Below, piece after piece: positions 1 through 13,047 of a stretch of DNA of 64,000 bases. The stretch comes from Lingula anatina (lineage: Eukaryota; Animalia; Brachiopoda). Position 1 is the stretch's first letter. Each line of letters begins with the position of its first letter. The stretch is taken from contig CM120641.1 in the NCBI GenBank assembly GCA_051362555.1, positions 35,656,401 through 35,720,400 of the forward strand. The letters are read 5' to 3'. Under the pieces are notes generated by a model. The model was not told where the DNA came from. It ran no database searches and saw nothing but the letters and a program-made list of their open reading frames with translations. A program made the position numbers and the translations under genes.

Positions 1-143
1 TTCCACCTCTGATGTTTATATTGATCCTCTCTAACCTACCATTTCGAAAAAGAAGCTATGCCATTGGACAATGCGACCTCTGCGGTTACGTCATTTCCTG
101 AATTGGATTGTAGAGAGGACCGATATAAACATCAGAGGTGGAA
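1..143. mobile_element. Foldback/MITE-like inverted repeat, possibly truncated by the window start
   Basis: ttccacctctgatgtttatattgatcctctcta (1-33) pairs with tagagaggaccgatataaacatcagaggtggaa (111-143). Confidence 0.6.
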
Positions 144-179
144 TTTTGATTTACGGTTTGATTGATGAAATAGTCAATA

Positions 180-310
180 GTCCGAAGGTTCATTGGTCCG
201 AATATTCACTATAGAACCTTCGGACCAATGAACCCTTGATTAAAAAATCGATGAAAATGTTACCACTTTTCGGACCAATGAACCTTCGGACCTTCGGACC
301 AATGAACCTA
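180..310. mobile_element. MITE fragment with repeated ttcggaccaatgaacc motifs in direct and inverted orientation
   Basis: One inverted copy at about 187-202 and direct copies at about 219-234, 269-284 and 293-308. Confidence 0.55.
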
Positions 311-323
311 TCGAGACGCCCCT

Positions 324-442
324 GGATTAATGTGGCAGTGTAAGGTTGTCCTAGGTGGTTTTCAAGTTTATGCACCGGGTTTTAATATCATTTAGCGATT
401 TTACGACAACCGTTTACAATCCAATCAAGGTGACAGCCGAGC
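324..442 (+). repeat. About 120-bp interspersed repeat, with an inverted second copy at 57873-57991
   Basis: ggattaatgtggcagt...ccaatcaaggtgacagccgagc matches the reverse complement of 57873-57991 with few mismatches. Confidence 0.85.
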
Positions 443-1644
443 TTGCTGTTAGTGTTAGGATACACAGAGCTTAATGTTTTTCTTGCAATATGAGGAATTG
501 ACCTTGTTTGATGCCTACTTCAACAGCATAAATATATTATGTCTATTTCATACTTATCATACAAAGGTATCTTTTCATTTACAGAAAGTAAGGTTTAGTC
601 TAAGGTCCTAAAAAGAGTAAGTCACAAAATTCAGGTTGTGGTTTTTTAAACTATACACAATTGATATTTAAAAACCTTATTAATTAAGGATTGTAGCAAA
701 ACAGTATTGAAATACTTGCCCTTCAATTTTTCATTAATTTAAATATCGTTCTTGCATCGAAATTATCTTGCCAGGGTAGCACCTTCTTTTTGTCGAGTTA
801 CCAATATATTTTCATGTAGTTTCGAACTTTTATGTTTTGTACGTATAGGCTGTTTATTATGTTCAATCCATATAAAAAGCATGTTTATAAAAATAATTGT
901 TATAAAGCTGTTTGTATAAAAACCATAAGCCGAAATAATTGCATACCCTAATTCTAAACTAAATCTGTTTAAGAAAGTGACTCTGCTTAATTTGTTGTAG
1001 CTGCGAAGACAACACGAGTGGTGTGATGTTACAAGTAATCAAAACATGAGTTCTAATTGTTATATGGAATAGTTACTAACATCCAGGTAGGTGTTATCTT
1101 GTCGAAATGACACATTGTATTAGTATAATTAATAGGATAGACCACGACCGACAGTCAAGGAGCATTTTAGTAGATTATCAAAATGTCAATACTGCACGTA
1201 CAGTGTACGTAGCAGTGGCAACCATTTCTCGCACTGCCACTGCCATTGCATTGGAACCTTTAGACTCGGCCAGGAAATTTCAACATCCTTTCGTTAAAAT
1301 GGAAATATCAGCAGCATGGCAAGGCTTTCTACATTTATATCTTGCTGCTTGAAGGGCAATTTGTAACTTGAGGGCATTGGCATTATTGATCGAATATGTG
1401 GAACAGTATAGTATTCCTAGTTATTAAAAGTAAAGGCCATAAATTGTGGCATGGACTCAGAACCTTTCTCAATAAACCTGACATCTCATATCTCATAGTC
1501 AAGCATGATTAATATCACTACAGCTTGAGTTATATTATTTTACCTTTCAGCATGTTTCACTATCCTGAATCCATTCAAGGGACAGAAATGTGAGTCTGTG
1601 TTCAACATCTCTACAGCTTGAGTAATATTCTTTTACCTTTCAGA

Positions 1645-1981
1645 ATGTTTCGCTCTCCTGATCCATTTAAGGGACAGAAATATGAGTCTATAAAGAAGGA
1701 TTGTATAAAGAGGGGACAGCCATTTGTAGATCCAGAGTTTCAACCCAACAACAAGTCATTATTTTACAGTAAAGTGGACAGTGACATTGAATGGAAAAGA
1801 CCTGGTGTAAGTAATGTTCACAAACTTATGTCTTCTTTTTTTTGTATATAAAATGTATTCTCTGAGCACTGTATGTAACTTACTTGTATTTGATGGTAAG
1901 TATAAGATTGTAACTATTGAGGTTTATTTTCTGGTACAGAAATAACAGTTGTAATAAAATGTGCAATGCAGTGCAATACAC

Positions 1982-2026
<45 letters not shown>

Positions 2027-5000
2027 AAAAAAAAAAAACACTTTAGCTCCTGTGTGTAGTGCATTTCATGAAATATTAAAGCCCTCAGATATTGGCAATA
2101 GCACCCCAAAAGATGAAAATCACTCCTGAATAACACCACACAAGAGAGTCATCCTTAAGACAAGTGCCATGAATTAACTTTTTTGTAAGACAGTAGCTCT
2201 TTGTGCAAGGGGCTTAAGGTTCTGTTGCATGCATAAACTGTATTGGATATTTATTTACATTTTTGTTTGTTTTCATTAATATCAATTTATGATAATATAT
2301 ATTTTTGTAAAGTGTTACCTTTAATTTATTTTGTTCTCAGGAGCTGTGTAAAGTGCCCCGCCTGGTGGTGGAAGGTGTCACTACAGATGACTTGAACCAA
2401 GGAGAGTTAGGCAACGTGTGGTTTGTCACAGCATGCACGAGTCTAGCACATCTTCCCAAACTTTGGCAAAAGGTAAGTTGTTTATACTTAAACCACAATG
2501 GAAGCCATGCTAAAATATTATAGTTTAGCCAGTGATAAAAACTTTGATTTTGCTGAATAATGTACAAATTGTTTGATTATTTTGTTTTAGTTCAAAATAG
2601 GAAATTCACTGAAAAATTATAAGGTTATAGAGCTAAACAAAAGGGTAAATAATACAGGCAATTCAAACCAAGATATTAGAAAGGTTTGTTGTTTTGTCTA
2701 GTGTACATAATCCTTTGCTAGAGTGGGCAAGAAAGTTAATTACCCCCTTACAGCTTGTAGTAGGCGGGACGGACATTTAAGACATTTATCTGACAGTAAT
2801 CTAGTGAGACTCCCCGCGGGGATAGATCGATCTAAAAGCTCTGGGAATACGCCCTAAGTGACTACTTTTATTTATAAATATTATTTCTTCTGTCCAGTTG
2901 GTCTATATGTTGTTCCATGAACAATCTTTTATATCCCCTTCATATGTTACATTATCCCTTTGACAGCCTTTACAGAAATTTCATATAGATTGTCAGAGGG
3001 CCCTATAGGAAATTGACCCAAAATCCTAAAGGGTCATGTAGACAATGTTTCCTTTAAGACATCTGATAGAATTCCAGACCTATAGATATCTGTGTTAATC
3101 CTAGAGTCCCAAAGCATTCCGTAGGACATCCTGTAATGTGTATGAAATTTCTGTAAGGCAGTCCTAGGCATTTAAGGGATGACAACTTTTCATTTTGTCA
3201 AAAGTACCATAAAATGGATTCCTAGGGTAAATGATAATTTCCCCATACTTTCCAATGGTTAATGAAACTGGTCCATCATTCAGAGTTAGTCGATCAGATT
3301 TTTTTAATAAAAAAAGTGTGGTTTTTGTAATATATTCTCTTAAGATATTATTACAGAGAGTGGCCATCAATGGTGGCAAGCACACATTCCAGAATAATTC
3401 CAAATACCACTGTTTTTAGTGGTAAAATAGAATTAATTATATATTTTGTGTTGTTTACAATGTATTTATTGTGGAGTTTTGAATCTCATTTGAAAGGTTA
3501 TTATTCCTTTAACATTGGCCTCATACCAAATGCAGCAGGACCATTAGAATTGTGTAAATTTTTTCAGCTACTGGTCACTATTGCTGCTTTGTGTCAGTAG
3601 ATACTTGTCCCAGGATACTTTTAAAATCCAGCAGGCTAAGTTTTAAGAACAGACTGCTTTGCTGTATCAATTCCATATTATTAAATACTCACATGACACA
3701 TCCTTAGTGATAGTCCACATTATTATTTACACCATAGATCCTTTAATACTACTGATAATATATTCTGGTAATTTATTCCAACACATAAATTTCTGCCTTT
3801 CAAGAAAAACACCCGGCTTCAATTGCTTAAACCAGTGAAACAACAGTTCATCTAGTTCTTGATTTTTGCTGCACCATTACTGCAATTGAAGTGTTCAAGG
3901 ATCATTGCTTCTGTGGATGTTGTTGTTCAAAATAACAGTTTAAGTAATGTTTTCATTATTCCTTATCTTGCTCGAAGTATTATAATCATTCAACTTCATC
4001 TACTTTAAGTGGATGTTGATAGCTGGACAAGTGTTTGGATAGACAATATCTGATTCTTGGCCAGTGGGTAGTAATAATTTTTGTTTAGTAGGAAATTGTT
4101 GTAATTAGCTAAATCAATATTTAACCTGCCTGAATTCCCAGAGATCAATAAAATAGAATTCATTACTTTTCATTTTCCTTATATGTAATAGGGAAAACCA
4201 TTTGCTTTATCCACTGGTTAAACTAATTATATTTTAAAGTCATGAATCTCTCTCTCACTCTCTCATGTTTTTTTTACACTGCACTTTAATGCACAGTAAT
4301 ATTTGTTAGAAACAATCAATGGTAACCATTGCAGTTATCAAAGACTGTTTGCGCACTGTAAACCAACATTGTCAACAAAGCCTGTAAAGGTGATGCTTGT
4401 TGAATATGTTATTGATTTTCTCCCCGTTTTCATTTTTGCCGTATGAATACCATATTGATCTTTGTCCTTGTTGATTTATGTGGTGGCCAGTGTCTTTATT
4501 TGACAAGATAATGTTTTAAGTGAAATTATTAGTGTTAGAGCAATTACATATTAGTGCAGCCATAATGAATAACCTTAAAATTGATAGAAATAGCTGAGGT
4601 TATTGTCACCTTTATATGAAAACAATACTGATTCGTTTTTACTTATTAATTTTTATTTTTACTGATGTCTATGATTGTTTAAATGAATACTCAGTAAGTT
4701 GACAACATTTTATCAGTGTATTTGTGCATAGGTTTTATGAGGCGAAGGGGAGATTAAATGTATTGACAGGTCTACATTGAAAGTTACTTAGCACACTGTT
4801 TAGCTGATAAATTTAACACATCATATCATGTCCTCATAATCATTTCACCTGTCTCTCGTTAAAAGCAGTCACCTGAGTTGTATTTTAAATTTCCTTCTTC
4901 ATAATTTTCTTCATAACCATTTGATTTTTTAAAAAATCACATGAAATACAGTATTGTAATTTTGAAAATAAAGAGGCCACTTTGTGCTTGTATTAGATTA

Positions 5001-8000
5001 TTTGATGCTGAGTTATTTATAAAAAAGAATATGCAGGTATGTATGAACCCAGAAATCAGTCCTAAGATACATGTATCTTGTCCAATCTTATCCAGTTTCA
5101 TTTACTGTACATGTACCGGCCTGTGTATTGCCCAGTCTCAAATTAATTTCATTTCTAATACTTTTTTATTTAACTTATATCTTCTAGGTGGTCCCTAACC
5201 ACAAGGAGCAGGACTGGGGCCTAGAAAGCGAGTATGCTGGAATTTTCCACTTTCATTTCTGGCGGTATGGTTGTTGGGTGGATGTGGTAGTGGACGATTT
5301 ACTGCCCACAAAGAATGGAAAGCTGGTGTTCTGTCATTCTAAAAACAAGAATGAATTTTGGAGTGCTTTGCTGGAAAAGGCATATGCAAAGTAAGTGAAT
5401 TTAAACATTTTTAGATGCCGTTATAGCATTTTTAAAAATGTCTTATGAAGTATTATGTTAGTTATGCATCAAGGCATGAAATGGGAAATGTGTATAACTC
5501 CTTTTGATAATCTAAGGACTATATCCTTAATTAGATTTACTGGTAAAGCAACTGTCTGGTAACATACTATTTCCAGTTTTATACTAATACGTAAACACAG
5601 TAATTACATTTGTATTTCTATGTACAGCAAGGTGACCTTGACAGACACTAAATACAAGCAGGTACACAGAAAAAGTATTGTCATATATATATATCAGGGC
5701 TCGACATTAGCGCCTGTCCGCCTGTCCGGGACAGGTAAAAAATCAGTTCGGACAGGTGAAGTTGCAGGGTTGGCTGTCCGACGGACAGGTCATGTTTTGT
5801 GAGAAATTTGGAGCAAAAATCTTTTTAAAAAATATATTTTGTTGCATACTAATGTCTTTTATTCCCTTCCTAGACGGCATTGAAAAGAGTGACCTACTTT
5901 TGGCACAAAACACATGCAGTCGCAAAACGAAGTCTGAGTAAACTTACCGCCAAATTATGAAAGAGAACACCCTCCAGAACTTCATCAGACAAAATTTATT
6001 CACATATCAGGTTCTTTACTTTATGTTTTATTTAGTTCAAAATCTACGTGCTCTAGTAAGGCCACACTTTTTTATTTTTATGGATGACATCCTCTGGGTA
6101 CCCCAAAATCGGTGCGAGAGGGCGAAAAAAAAAAAAAACAGTCCAAAAAAAAAAACTGCTTAAGTAAAGGAATGCTGTCAGTACACAGCTGGAAACAAAA
6201 ATTTAACCACAGAAACACGTATCAAACTAACAATATGTCTTTATCCATGCTCTCAAAATATTAAAGCATTGTGAATACTTCGTAGAAATGTAAAAAAAAA
6301 AGTCATGAATTAATATACTTCATATTACCAAATCTATTTAAGGTTATTTCATGCATTCATTTGGTATAGCAATCAATAAAACAAATATCAATCAAACAGT
6401 TTGTCTTTATTTGTATTCTCAGAATATTAAAACATTTTGAACACTTCACAGAAATGTTTAAAAAATGATGCAAGGTCATTTCAGACGATGCCATTTTGTC
6501 AACTTCAACTCACACGAAGCAGCTAAACTGTCAGGTGGCCTGTCCGACCTTCAGCCCACCAAATACCTCGACGCCCTTGTCGACCCTTTTTTCGCTACAG
6601 AAAACCTGGTATTAATGTGCTGCTTTATACAGAATGTCACAGAAATGTTTCGGCCGCCGCCAGCCTTTCGCACAATTGTAAAAAGGTGATATCTCCATGC
6701 CCAATATCAATGGCATACCAATCCAAAACGATGGCGCCCGTTCTCTTTATGACTTTTATTGTTGTGTAATTTGAAAGTAATCCTAGAGATGAATTTGACA
6801 GCAAAGTGGCCGCATTTCCACGTGGCGAAAATACGCATGCGCAGAAAGCTCATTTCCTTGCAAATTCAATAACAACGTTTGCGACAACCGACTTCGTTGG
6901 GGGCTGGGGGGGGGGGCTTTTTTTTTTTTTTTTTTTTGGAGAACGGGCGAAAATCCGTGACGCGCAGGATGTCATCCATAAAATTAAAAAAGTGTGGCCT
7001 AATAAAGACCGTTCCAAAAACAGAAACTACACAACTACTGTGCTGCCTGGGTACAAAGCCCGATTGAACTGGATGAACTGGCTATATCTAGTTCGTTGTC
7101 AAGGCAACATACTGCCTGTCAATCAAATACGTTGTATGCTATCTACTCACTATAGAAAGTGAAATCTTTCGGACTGAAGATCTTGTTGAAATGTTGTTTA
7201 TTTGCCAAAATATAACCTGAAATTTTGTATGGTGTTTTCTTTAATGATTCTAGTATCACCTTTGTTATTTACAGTTAAAAAATAGTGCTCAGCTGGAATA
7301 TGATAAATTAACATTGCTGTCATATACCAGTATGATATTGATGTAAGGAAGAAATTAGTAATAAAAAATATGAGAATTTTAATAAAAAGAAGGGGAACAT
7401 TTTATACTGATTTTATTTAATTCATATATTTAAAAAAATCAAACACATGATAACCCAAAAAAGGAGTTAAATTGTTAACATAGATATAAGTATTATAAAA
7501 TGAATATTATTTAACTTTTCATTGAACTATATTCAAATATTATTCCCACTCAGGGTATTTTTTTTTCTTTTTTTTTTAAGCTGTGGTTAAACTTCATGTA
7601 ATCTGTTATCAAATTGCATATTTACAATTAGTAGACCCTGTACCCCAAATCCTAGGAGAAGCCCTGATTGGAACTATGTTAAATCAGACTTAGACCCCAT
7701 TTCCAGAGATTAGATCGATCTACTTTAGATCAACCTAACTCCCTGGGGGTTCACGCAGAATAGCTGTCAGCCGAGCGGACACGAAAGTTAATTACCCCCT
7801 TACAGCTTGTAGTAGGTGGGACGGACATTTAAGCCGGATTATCTGACAGTAATCTAGTGAGACTCCCCGCGGGGATAGATCGATCTAAAAGCTCTGGGAA
7901 TACAGCCTTATATGCAAGATTTAATCTTCAGGAGTTCACAAGTATGAAAAAACAACTTTTTACCTGAAAATAAATTCACTTTAAGGTGCATTTTCCCAGC

Positions 8001-11000
8001 TCATTTGATTGAGTATTTTGGTAATAAATACATTAAATGTATGACTACACATATTAATTTACAAAGTTTTGGGTATGAATAGAAAAAAAAATATTGGTTT
8101 TGTTGGACAGGTTGGTTTGAAAATCGGACAGGTCAAATTTGTGACCACCTGTCCGAAGGACAGGTGCTCATAAAAGTTAGTGTCTAGCCCTGTATATGTA
8201 CATATATATATGTATATATATATATATATAATTTATGTATGTTAAGCAATTATCTTGACATGTTTTTTTTACTGTGTGAGCATAAATCTTGACATAATTT
8301 TCACATGGCATTAATCACTTTAGACTCTATGGTGACTATGAGACACTAAAGACAGGGTACCCTGCAGATGCCCTGGTGGACTTCACTGGGGGCGTGGCAG
8401 AGAAACTGGACCTGATGCAATACGGAGTTAGGCAGAATGAGGATGACAAAATGGAGTTCTTTGAAGAGCTGTTGGATGCCAGTGAGAATAGTTCTCTGAT
8501 TATTGCTACAATTTCTGTAAGTACATTGTATTTGGCGTATTGTAAGAGATCTATTGACACTATATCACACCAACCGTAATGTCACTTGAAGCTAAAAAAA
8601 ATGGTCGGACTCTCAAGGAATTTCTTTTTCTATTTATAAGGTGCTTCTCCATAACACAGAACATAAGAAACTATTGGAAGTCAAGCCTTCATAAAAATTC
8701 TTTGTAGAGTTATTTTTTTCTGTTCATTGATGTTTTAGTGTCCAGAATCTGATGTGGGGCAGTCAGGAAGACAGGGTCTAATGAAGGGGTATGGTTATGG
8801 CGTCACTGCTGTTAAAAAGATAAGTGTTAACAAGGGTCTCCAGGCAGCCACAGGGTCAGGCACCTTGCTCATGCTTCGGCTCAACAACCCCTGGGGGACC
8901 CAGGAGTGGACAGGTGCTTGGTCTGACCAGTGAGTAGCCTAATTTAAATATGCTCTGATCACAGATAATGTACAACTATTGAGACATGCCCTGAGTGTCA
9001 GGGCCACTTTGAAGCTAAATTGTTAACTATTCAAACCTGTTCATGGGCTTCAGCAGTGGCCCTGAGGAACAGTGGTCAAAGCTGTGACGTACGAGACTTA
9101 TGATTTCCAAATATGGAAGCGCCCCAGGCAAAATTTTGACAAACACACCCTCAATCTGCCGCTTGTGGCTAGAGTTTCGTATTGCTGATATGGGTTATAT
9201 ATGAAATCAAGATCGAGCTGGCAATACGGAAATCTACAACCTAGGGTATTGAGACATTGTTCTGGCATTGTGAGGCTACTAGTGGTTTGATGTAACTTTG
9301 TTGTCAGTCATTAGGTGGTCTTTGTCATTTTCCTGTTGCTCTTTCCTATTGAATTCCACTAAAAGCTTGACTGTTTGGCCATTTTGTACGTAAATGGGGT
9401 AATTTATGATTCATTATTTGCTTTGATTTCTTGTGCAGATCTGAAGAATGGAAAAATTTGTCAGAGGCAGAGAAGAAGAAGTTAGGACTAACATTTCAAA
9501 ATGAAGGAGAGTTTTGGTATGTTTTTATCTTCTGTGAAATACCTGATATTATAATCCATTGAAATGTTAGCAGTTAACATTATATTATTCATCACAATAA
9601 TCTGTTTAATGATCTTAAATATAGTCAGCTATTGAGTCAGTACATAGTCTCACAGTACATTTTCTTCTTTTTTGTAAATCACTGTGGGTATTTGGATATC
9701 TTAACACCTAACACATTTCCTTTAATTTCAGAATTGATGTTTTGTTACATCTTACAGGCTTAAACTGTTCATTTTTCTTAAAACAGGATGTGTCTGAATG
9801 ACTTTATCCATTACTTTGAGAATGTGGACATGTGTCATTTTGTCAACACGTCTTTCTTCTCCCTGAAAAAGACCTGGTATGAGTCACTCATGCCTGGAGA
9901 ATGGACCCAAGGAGCAAGAGGGTCTCCTCAGAACAGAAGTGGTGGAGCATTCCACAATAAAGATTCATTCCTGAATAACCCTCAGGTATCTCACAACTAC
10001 TAGTGGAATATGAAAGTCACAACTGAAGCATTTCCCACATTAGTATTAGGGACATAAAATGACCAATATATTTCTGAATTAGACCCCATTCCCAGAGATT
10101 AGAACGATCCAACTAGATCGACCTAACTCCCTGGAGGTTCACACTAAATAGCTGTCAGCCGCGCAGGCAAGAAAGTTAATTACCCCCTTACAGCTTGTAG
10201 TAGGCGGGACGGACATTTAAGTCGAATTATCTGACAGTAATCTAGTGAGTCTCCCCACGGCGATAGATTGATCTAAAATCTGTGGGAATACGCCCTTAGG
10301 TCTAAAATGTGGTACACCTACCACATTGTAGACCTTACTAAAAATATCACAGCTAATGCAGCACATGGTTGAGAAAGTGAATTTTTCACTGATGAATAAG
10401 TTTCACAGTGGTTTCTTTTGACTCTATTTGGCACTAGTTTTGACATTTAAATTAGATTTGAATAACTTTTTTTAATTAAAAAAGAATTACTTCTAGTTAT
10501 ACATAAACTCTGACGTAAACAAAAGTCAGAATTATGTAGAATTCTGGAAAGACCAAATTCAAGATATTATTAGTAGAACACTCATGCACCAAATTGTCTG
10601 ATGGTTTCTTACTATTTTTATTATCATCATATTAATCTTGATTTTCAGTTTGTATTTGACATCAAAGAGGATACAGATACTGCTATGATTTCATTGGAAC
10701 AAGATGACAAAAGAGCTGATAAGAAGATAGGGGGAGAGCATCTACAGATTGGGTTTCATATTATGAAGGTGAGTTGATTTCTGTATGTTGCAATACTATT
10801 TTGTCTCAACAAATAAAATTGACAAGATCTGTCTTTTATCATCATTATTTTTTCTAAAATAAACTTGAACCTGTGCTTGTGTTAACAAATTCTGTTTATT
10901 TCCCTATGACTGAAGTTATCTATTTAGGCTAAAAAGAATTGTATTTTTGCCAATTTTGAAAGTGCCACAGTCATACATGTGCCAGTCATTCATATTCATA

Positions 11001-13047
11001 GGCTTTGACCTATTATTAAAATTCATAAGAATTGACCTGTTTTTAAAGGCTCAAATACAATATATGAATTGTGGCACATGGATTTCGTACATGATGAATT
11101 CCAGGTTGAAGAGAACAGGAAATATAGGGTTCACATCCCTGGAGAAAAATGTGCCGAGACAGATTTCAAGCAATCCAGAAACATTTATGGAAAATACGTT
11201 CTGAGGCGTGGACGTTATGTGATTATCCCCTCAACTTATAATCCTGGTTCTGTAGGGAAATTCTTACTGAGATTATACACAGGGGCCAACTCCAGCTCCA
11301 AGTAAGTTAAACACATTTTTGAATATGCAAATGCACAATTTATTTTCATTTAATGTTTAACCTAACAAATCTAGAACACAGTATTAATTATAATATATCA
11401 ATAGAATTTCTTACACCTACTTGTAACAGATACTTGGCTTACTGTGGCCTAATTTTAATTTACACTTTAACTTATATTATGAATGGATAAAAAATCAGCT
11501 TAGCTAACCTTTTCATGAAATTATATTAATTATATTAATCTTATTAATATTCAATTCACATTCCCTTTTGCCTCAACCAGTATCAGGTAAAGTTGAATAG
11601 AAAATAGGGTGTAACCTTTTAGATAATTTTGCAACTTTTTAGTAGAATAATTGCTGGTGTTTATAGCAACCTCATGTCTTTGCGTTAGTTATCAAAGCTT
11701 TTTACATGTTTGTGTCATATATATTTCTTTTTATGTTTAGTTTGTAGCTTTTTAAAAAACTTTATATTCTGATAGATGGAGAAAAGCAATGTGCAGTTAT
11801 ATATACAAGGCCTTATAAAAGGTCTTAGTTCTGATTTTTATATTTAGATAACTATTAAAAACACAAGAGTATGTCAATCAGAATTTAAATAAAAAATTTA
11901 ATATTCCAGAAAATATTTTACAGATAGATTATATAAATGTTTTGTGTTTGAATTCAAAAGCTACCAAACTTCATAAAATGAAGATAGTGTCATATTTAAT
12001 TTTTAAAATCAACATATAAGGACAGGGTGCAGTATGCTTTGTATGTGTATTTACTTATTTTCCCAGTGATCATCATTGGATTCTGCATCTGCAATAATCT
12101 TTTTTGTAAAAAAAATGCATTGTGTTTGTATTCTCAACTAACACACTGTGTGTATATTCACAGAGAGCTGACAAAGGAAGGGCCAGAGAGAAGCTGCTGT
12201 ATCTGTATAAAACAGCCTCAGATAGTACTCACCATCACCATCATAAAGGCACGTGACCTGGAGAAAAGGGATAAAGATAAAAGTCCAGGTAAATCAAGAA
12301 ATTTTACTATTTTAGAGTTCAATTCATCAAATTAACCAGTCACGCTGTTCTCCTTTATGCATAAATTTTGGTGTGTGTTTTTCAGGAGAGCCAAGTCCGT
12401 ATGTGGAGATAAAATGTGAGGGAGAAACTGTGAAGGCACCAATAAAGAAGAATACAGCTGTGCCAGAGTGGGGAACAATGGCAACTTTTTATCTCAAGAA
12501 GCCAAACCAACCAATCATTGTTGATGTAGGTTTATTATGATGTACTTATATTACCTACAAGTTATTTCATTGTTTATTCATTTAATTTTTCTATAAATTA
12601 AACATTACCTGGACCAGTGACTAGAATAAATGTATCCTAGCAACAACATATTATCTATACCACTAAAACTGGATTGTCGTAGTAGAATTTGCCTTTAGAA
12701 TGACATTCTGATAAAAATTGTTCACATACAAGCACAAATACAACCATAAGTTTTATTTGTGATTTCAATCCACTAAAACTTGGACGGTACTATTTGATAT
12801 TGTTTATTTATAGAAATGCCTATTTTATATATATATATATATATTTATTTTTAAGATTTTCAACCACAAAACCTTGCTTGATGAGTTTATTGGGCAGGCC
12901 ACCATTCCTGACCTGGGCACTGTGGAAGGGGAGGAAAAAGAATACGATCTCTTTGGAAAGAGCAAGAAGGAAAAGAAAGAGGGAACAAAATATCCCGGCT
13001 CGCTTAGAGTTAGGCTACAGTCCAGCTATGACTTGACTGACCTGTGA
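1645..13047 (+). CDS. CAPN5: Calpain-5/6 (TRA-3)-family protein, CysPc + C2L (domain III) + C-terminal C2 domain, about 643 aa, predicted catalytically inactive
   Basis: Twelve phase-consistent GT-AG coding exons: 1645-1806, 2341-2472, 5188-5390, 8324-8516, 8739-8929, 9439-9516, 9787-9985, 10649-10768, 11105-11301, 12164-12288, 12386-12525, 12856-13047 (1932 nt). Motifs: [93 protein letters not shown], then a C2 domain ending SSYDLTDL*. No EF-hand domain, as in CAPN5/6. Confidence 0.93.
1978..2038 (+). repeat. (CA)n microsatellite plus poly-A
   Basis: Direct reading. Other simple repeats: 19683-19724 (TG), 21342-21372 (CT), 32486-32520 (CA), 35505-35560 (ATATT), 44648-44697 (AATAT), 45305-45346 and 63463-63517 (TA). 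Confidence 0.95.
2726..2854 (+). mobile_element. Right half of a PIF/Harbinger-type MITE (family H1)
   Basis: Near-identical to the 3' half of 7693-7907 and 10082-10295. Ends ctgggaatacgccc|taa. Confidence 0.85.
2966..3159. mobile_element. MITE with about 19-bp TIRs
   Basis: gcctttacagaaatttcata ... tatgaaatttctgtaaggc. Confidence 0.6.
6060..6999. mobile_element. Nested PIF/Harbinger-type element (940 bp)
   Basis: TIRs ggccacacttttttatttttatggatgacatcct / aggatgtcatccataaaattaaaaaagtgtggcc. TAA TSD at 6057-6059 and 7000-7002. Confidence 0.8.
7693..7907 (+). mobile_element. Full-length Harbinger-type MITE, family H1 (nested)
   Basis: gaccccatttccagagattagatcgatc ... gatcgatctaaaagctctgggaatacagcc with TTA on both sides. 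Confidence 0.88.
10082..10295 (+). mobile_element. Full-length Harbinger-type MITE, family H1
   Basis: Same sequence family. TTA TSD at 10079-10081 and 10296-10298. Confidence 0.88.

Larger units (their letters stand above)
5695..8192. mobile_element. About 2.5-kb non-autonomous hAT-like DNA transposon in calpain intron 3, with two nested MITEs
   Basis: TIRs cagggctcgacattagc / gttagtgtctagccctg, subterminal ggacagg/cctgtcc repeats at both ends, flanked by TATAT in a (TA)n tract. No transposase ORF. Confidence 0.8.
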
